From Pseudomonadota bacterium (GTDB taxonomy: Bacteria; Pseudomonadota; Alphaproteobacteria; Caulobacterales; Parvularculaceae), in the NCBI GenBank assembly GCA_038522735.1, contig JBCBJX010000003.1, positions 20,685-84,684 on the forward strand: DNA of 64,000 bases, read 5' to 3'. The position numbers and the translations under genes are program-made. This document shows, in pieces, positions 57,169-64,000 of the stretch. The first letter of the stretch is position 1. The number at the start of each line of letters is the position of its first letter. The notes beneath the pieces are model-generated. The model was not told where the DNA came from and made no database searches. It was given only the letters and a program-made list of their open reading frames with translations.

Positions 57169-57779
57169 GCGGCGAGGAGGGTGGCGGTCGCGGCGGCTTC
57201 CGGCTCGAAGGCGTCATGGGTCGCGACGACGGCGATCCCGCCATCGGCCCGGTGCTCGGCGACCATCCGCGCGACCAGCGCGGCGCCGGCTGCGTCGAGG
57301 GCGGCGGTCGGCTCGTCCAGGAGCCAGACGGGCCGGTCCGCGACGAGGAGCCGCGCGAGCGCGAGACGGCGGAGCTGTCCCGCCGAGAGGGCGCCGGCCG
57401 GCCGGTCGCCTTCGGCCGCAATGCCGACCCGCTCGAGCGCCGCCGCGATCGAGGCTTCGCCGCCGAGGACGGCCCGATGAAAAGCGAGCGTCTCCCGCGC
57501 CGTCAGAGACCCGCGGGCCCCCGGCCGGTGGCCGATATAATGGGTGAGGCGCGCCCGCCCGCGCGCATCCGCCTCGCCGCCGATCGCCGCGCGGCCTTCG
57601 GAAAACCCGCCGACGCCGGCGATGGCGCGCAGAAGGCTCGATTTCCCCGAGCCGTTCGGGCCGCGCAAGGTGAGGGCGTCTCCCGGCGCGAGGCGGACGG
57701 TGAGGGGCGCGGCGACGGCGCGGCCGGCGCGCGCGGCGGCGGCCTCGTCAAGGAGGAGATCGACGGCGTATCGAGTCAT
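57165..57779 (-). CDS. ccmA: heme ABC exporter ATP-binding protein CcmA
   Basis: Walker A is '[12 protein letters not shown]', the signature is '[14 protein letters not shown]' and Walker B is 'VWLLDEP'. Confidence 0.9.
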   Translation of the reverse strand: MTRYAVDLLLDEAAAARAGRAVAAPLTVRLAPGDALTLRGPNGSGKSSLLRAIAGVGGFSEGRAAIGGEADARGRARLTHYIGHRPGARGSLTARETLAFHRAVLGGEASIAAALERVGIAAEGDRPAGALSAGQLRRLALARLLVADRPVWLLDEPTAALDAAGAALVARMVAEHRADGGIAVVATHDAFEPEAAATATLLAA

Positions 57780-57948
57780 GGAACCCGCCTACGCCGACGC
57801 GGGCGGCGGGATCAATCGAACAAGTTGCGGCGCCTGCGAATTGCGCCCGCGGGGCGCTTCGGCGATAACGCGCGGGCATTCCTCAGCGCGCGCCCCGCGG
57901 CCCAAAGCCCGCGCGCCCGCCGCGCCCACGCCAGCAACGGAGACCGCC

Positions 57949-60633
<2,685 letters not shown>

Positions 60634-60639
60634 ATCTGA

Positions 60640-60802
60640 CCCCCGGCCCCTCTCCCTGTGGGAGAGGGGCCGGGGGTGAGGGGGCGCAGCGGTTCCACTC
60701 GCGCTGAAGGTTGCGAAACGCTTCGGCGCATTAAGCTGACGGTTTTTGCAGGTGAAGAGATCGTCCCCCCTCACCCCAAACCCCTCTCCCGCGAGAGAGG
60801 GG
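60640..60802. repeat. structured G/C-tract element downstream of acnA (hairpin plus an inverted-repeat pair of about 24 nt)
   Basis: A 16-bp hairpin (CCCCCGGCCCCTCTCC at 60640-60655 pairing with GGAGAGGGGCCGGGGG at 60661-60676) starts 7 nt after the acnA stop. GGAGAGGGGCCGGGGGTGAGGGGG (60661-60684) is an imperfect inverted copy of CCCCCCTCACCCCAAACCCCTCTCC (60765-60789). A second small hairpin is CCCCTCTC-CCGC-GAGAGGGG. Confidence 0.6.
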
Positions 60803-60822
60803 TCTTTCAGGGGAGCTGAATA

Positions 60823-61479
60823 GTGACCGACATCAAGGCCGTCATCTTCGACGTCGGCGGCGTTCTGACGACCGCGCCCTATGACAACTTCCATGTCTAT
60901 GAGCGCGAGAACGGCCTGCCGGAGAACTTCCTCAATCATGTCTGCGGGTTCGATCCCGCAGGCGGCGCCTGGGCGCGGTTCGAGCGCTCTGAGATCACGC
61001 CGGAAGAGTTCGACGCCGCCTTCGCCGAGGACAGCCTCGCCCACCCGATGAATACGGAAAAACGCGAGGTGCGCGGCGCGACGCTCCTCTCCCTCATGCA
61101 AGTGAAAATCCGTCCGGAGATGATCGCGGCCGTGCACGCCTGCAAGGCGCGCTTTAAGGTCGGCTGCATCACCAACACGACCGCCGTGCCCGTCGCGAAG
61201 ATGGGCGCGGGCGACGAAGGCGCGGCGGAGATGTTCGCCGCCTTCGACCACGTCATCGAGAGCCACAAGGCGGGCGTGCGCAAACCCGACCCGCGCATTT
61301 ACGAGATGATGTGCGAGGCCCTCGGCGTCGCCGCGGCCGCGTGCGTCTTCCTCGACGATCTCGGCGTCAATCTGAAACCCGCCAAGGCGATGGGGATGCG
61401 CACCATCCGCGTGCGCGAGCCGGCGGCGGCCCTCGACGCGCTTTCTGCAGTCACCGGCCTCTCGTTCACCAAAGCGTGA
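60823..61479 (+). CDS. HAD-superfamily hydrolase (subfamily IA, epoxide-hydrolase-N-terminal-like)
   Basis: Motif I is 'VIFDVGGVL'. 'VGCITN' and the C-terminal 'FLDDLGVNLKPAKAMGM' are also present. The start is GTG. Confidence 0.75.
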   Translation: MTDIKAVIFDVGGVLTTAPYDNFHVYERENGLPENFLNHVCGFDPAGGAWARFERSEITPEEFDAAFAEDSLAHPMNTEKREVRGATLLSLMQVKIRPEMIAAVHACKARFKVGCITNTTAVPVAKMGAGDEGAAEMFAAFDHVIESHKAGVRKPDPRIYEMMCEALGVAAAACVFLDDLGVNLKPAKAMGMRTIRVREPAAALDALSAVTGLSFTKA

Positions 61480-61581
61480 TCAAACTCCGCCGATCGTGCT
61501 GCGGCCGGTAGCGGATTTTCAGGGCTGTTCGGTCTATCACTCAGGCTGGTGTTGTTTTGTAGTTTTCCTGAGGGTCGGCCC

Positions 61582-62271
61582 ATGTGCAGCACAGGCGTCA
61601 GCCTTCTCGCCCTCGCCGCGATCGCCGCCCAGCCGGCGGACGATCCGACGGTCGTCGAGCTGTTCACAAGCCAGGCGTGCTCCCTCTGCCCGGCGGCGGA
61701 CAAGCTGCTCGCCGAGCTCGCCGCGCGCGAGGACGTCATCGCCCTCAGCTATCCCATCACCTATTGGGACACGGACCAATGGATGGACACCCTCGCGCGG
61801 CCGGAGCATGTGGCGCGCCAGAAGGCCTACGCCGATATCCTGTCCAACAAGCGCGTCTACACCCCGCAGATGGTGGTCGACGGGGTGGCGGACGTGAACG
61901 GCTCCCATCCGGACGAGGTGCTGGACGCGATCGCCGCGGCGCCGGCGGATACGGTGGAGCTTGACCTCGACTGCGGCGCCGGATCGGTCCGCGCCCGCCT
62001 GTCGGGCGAGGTCGGGGGCCGCGCGACGGTGCTGCGGGTCTCCTTCGAAAGCGCCCCGACGGTCGTCAATGTCGGCGGCGGCGCCAACGGCGGCCGGAAG
62101 CTCACCTACACGAACGTCGTTCGCGATGCGGCGCGGCTCGGCACTTACGCCGGCGGCGAGACGGCCCTGTCCGGCGCCCTGCCGTCCGGCCCGTCCCTCG
62201 ATCACGCCGTCATCGTCCAGATCGGCGAACCCGTCGGCCGCGTCGCGGCGGCGGCGCGCTGCCCGGCCTGA
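61582..62271 (+). CDS. DUF1223 domain-containing (thioredoxin-like) secreted protein
   Basis: 'VVELFTSQACSLCPAADKLL', 'YWD' and 'YTPQMVVDG' are DUF1223 hallmarks. I chose the start at MCSTGVSLLALA. Confidence 0.75.
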   Translation: MCSTGVSLLALAAIAAQPADDPTVVELFTSQACSLCPAADKLLAELAAREDVIALSYPITYWDTDQWMDTLARPEHVARQKAYADILSNKRVYTPQMVVDGVADVNGSHPDEVLDAIAAAPADTVELDLDCGAGSVRARLSGEVGGRATVLRVSFESAPTVVNVGGGANGGRKLTYTNVVRDAARLGTYAGGETALSGALPSGPSLDHAVIVQIGEPVGRVAAAARCPA

Positions 62272-62363
62272 ACGCCCGCGGCGCCATGGCGATGGACGCG
62301 CAGCCCGGCGGCCGCTAGGGGAAGCGGCTCTTTCCGCTTCGCCCGGGACGCTGATCGCGCCGC

Positions 62364-64000
62364 ATGACCGACCTCAAGCACATCCGCAATTTCTCGATCG
62401 TCGCCCACATCGACCACGGCAAGTCGACGCTCGCCGACCGTCTCATACAGACGACCGGCGGCCTCACCGACCGGGAGATGAAGGAGCAGGTGCTCGATTC
62501 GATGGAGCTCGAGCGCGAGCGGGGCATCACCATCAAGGCCCAGACCGTCCGCCTGAACTATCAGGCGAAAGACGGCGAGACCTACGTCCTCAACCTCATC
62601 GACACGCCGGGCCACGTCGATTTCGCCTATGAGGTGAACCGCTCGCTCTCGGCCTGCGAGGGCGCGCTGCTCGTCGTCGACGCCTCGCAAGGGGTCGAGG
62701 CCCAGACCCTCGCCAACGTCTACCAGGCGATGGAGGTGGATCTCGAAATCTTCCCGGTCCTGAACAAGATCGATCTGCCCGCCGCCGACCCGGACCGGGT
62801 GAAGGCGCAGATCGAGGACGTGATCGGCATCGACGCGGCGGACGCGATCCCCATCTCCGCGAAGACCGGCATGGGCGTGCCGGACGTTCTGGAGGCGATC
62901 GTGAAGCGCCTGCCGCCGCCGCAGGGCGATGCGGAGGCGCCCCTGAAGGCGCTCCTCGTCGACAGCTGGTACGACAGCTATCTCGGCGTCGTCGTCCTTG
63001 TACGCATCATCGACGGGCGGCTGAAGAAGGGTCAGAAGATCAAGATGATGCGCGCCGGCGCCTCGTACACGGTCGATCAGGTCGGCGTCTTCTACCCGAA
63101 GAAAACGAATGTCGACGCCCTCGGCCCCGGCGAGATCGGCTTCCTCACCGCCTCCATCAAGGAAGTCGCCGACACCCGCGTCGGCGATACGGTGACGGAC
63201 GAAAAGCGCTCCACCTCCGCGCCGCTGCCGGGCTTCAAGCCGGCCCAGCCGGTGGTCTTCTGCGGGCTCTTCCCGGTGGATTCGGCCGATTTCGAGGACT
63301 TGCGCGACGCCATCGCCAAGCTCCGCCTCAATGATGCGAGCTTCGAATATGAGATGGAGACGTCGGCGGCCCTCGGCTTCGGCTTCCGCTGCGGCTTCCT
63401 CGGGCTCCTCCACCTCGAAATCGTCCGCGAGCGGCTGGAGCGCGAATTCAACATCGATCTCATCACGACGGCGCCGTCCGTCGTCTATCACGTCTTCAAG
63501 ACCGACGGCGAGATGATCGAGATGCACAACCCGGCCGACATGCCGGACCCGGTGAAGATAGACCATCTGGAGGAGCCGCGCATCAAGGCGACCATTCTGG
63601 TGCCGGACGAATACTTGGGCGGCGTCCTGAAGCTGTGCGAGGACCGTCGCGGAATTCAGCAGGACCTCACCTACGCCGGAACGCGCGCCATGGTGGTCTA
63701 TGATCTTCCGCTGGCGGAGGTCGTCTTCGACTTCTATGACCGGCTGAAATCGATCACCAAGGGCTACGCCTCCTTCGATTATCAGATCACGGGCTATCGC
63801 GAGGACAATCTCGTGAAGATGCAAATCCTCGTGAACGAGGAGCCGGTCGACGCCCTCTCCATCATCGTCCACCGCAACCGGGCGGAGGCCCGCGGCCGCG
63901 CCATGTGCGAGAAGCTGAAGGACCTGATCCCGCGGCACATGTTCAAGATCCCGATCCAGGCGGCGATCGGCGGCCGGGTCATCGCCCGCGAAACCATCGC
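62364..64000 (+). CDS. lepA: elongation factor 4 (LepA), 3'-truncated by the window edge
   Basis: '[28 protein letters not shown]' and '[16 protein letters not shown]'. The frame is open to the window end. It is missing from the supplied ORF track because there is no stop codon. The 578-aa minus ORF at 62202..63938 is its antisense shadow. Confidence 0.95.
   Translation, partial: MTDLKHIRNFSIVAHIDHGKSTLADRLIQTTGGLTDREMKEQVLDSMELERERGITIKAQTVRLNYQAKDGETYVLNLIDTPGHVDFAYEVNRSLSACEGALLVVDASQGVEAQTLANVYQAMEVDLEIFPVLNKIDLPAADPDRVKAQIEDVIGIDAADAIPISAKTGMGVPDVLEAIVKRLPPPQGDAEAPLKALLVDSWYDSYLGVVVLVRIIDGRLKKGQKIKMMRAGASYTVDQVGVFYPKKTNVDALGPGEIGFLTASIKEVADTRVGDTVTDEKRSTSAPLPGFKPAQPVVFCGLFPVDSADFEDLRDAIAKLRLNDASFEYEMETSAALGFGFRCGFLGLLHLEIVRERLEREFNIDLITTAPSVVYHVFKTDGEMIEMHNPADMPDPVKIDHLEEPRIKATILVPDEYLGGVLKLCEDRRGIQQDLTYAGTRAMVVYDLPLAEVVFDFYDRLKSITKGYASFDYQITGYREDNLVKMQILVNEEPVDALSIIVHRNRAEARGRAMCEKLKDLIPRHMFKIPIQAAIGGRVIARETI

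Noticed and set aside
56456-57421. 321-aa minus ORF, and the plus-strand ORFs 56851-57480, 57131-57547 and 57216-58832
   Set aside because: These are alternate-frame or antisense ORFs over ccmB, ccmA and acnA with extreme Arg/Pro content.
57544-57948. 5' extension of acnA
   Set aside because: It overlaps ccmA on the opposite strand and the divergent promoter region. The AcnA-like sequence begins at [12 protein letters not shown] (57949).
62202-63938. 578-aa minus-strand ORF
   Set aside because: It is antisense to lepA. The lepA frame is open to the window end and carries unmistakable EF4 GTPase motifs.

Overview
High-GC alphaproteobacterial-type chromosomal segment (most hand-counted 60-nt lines are about 65-72% G+C). 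It is densely coding: about 60 protein genes and one tRNA-Ser(CGA). I saw no rRNA, CRISPR array, transposase or integrase. All calls rest on reading translations and motifs by eye; no database search was run. The backbone is housekeeping: priA (5' partial), the F1 ATP synthase operon atpH-A-G-D-C, rppH, ctpA, an envC-like gene, rlmH, rsfS, nadD, obgE, rpmA, rplU, tRNA-Ser, transaldolase, typA, mutS, murJ, trpS, ccmAB, acnA and lepA. lepA (3' partial) is absent from the supplied ORF track because it has no stop codon in the window. Many long ORFs in the track are antisense or alternate-frame shadows of the kind common in high-GC DNA, and I rejected them.

Accessory content interrupts this backbone at several points. 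(1) The atp operon carries three extra units: a 56-aa membrane ORF between atpA and atpG, a vapBC-type toxin-antitoxin pair with its own leaderless-looking promoter between atpG and atpD, and a Cys4 mini-protein overlapping the atpC start. (2) A very acidic secreted-type protein has 13 tandem 19-residue GGxGxD repeats and converges on atpC with a 3-nt gap. (3) A QEGLA/DUF1704, rmd-like and gmd block sits between the yibQ-like gene and ctpA. (4) A Tat-signal flavin amine oxidase and a signal-peptide RidA form an operon next to an orphan egtD. (5) A trypsin-like protease carries a PEP-CTERM-like tail. (6) An MBOAT gene is paired with an SGNH-like partner. (7) An islet of about 0.9 kb at 40-48% G+C, bounded by a 9-bp direct repeat, carries only a SPOUT/TrmH-like methyltransferase. 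(8) Two structured REP/MITE-like palindromic elements are present.
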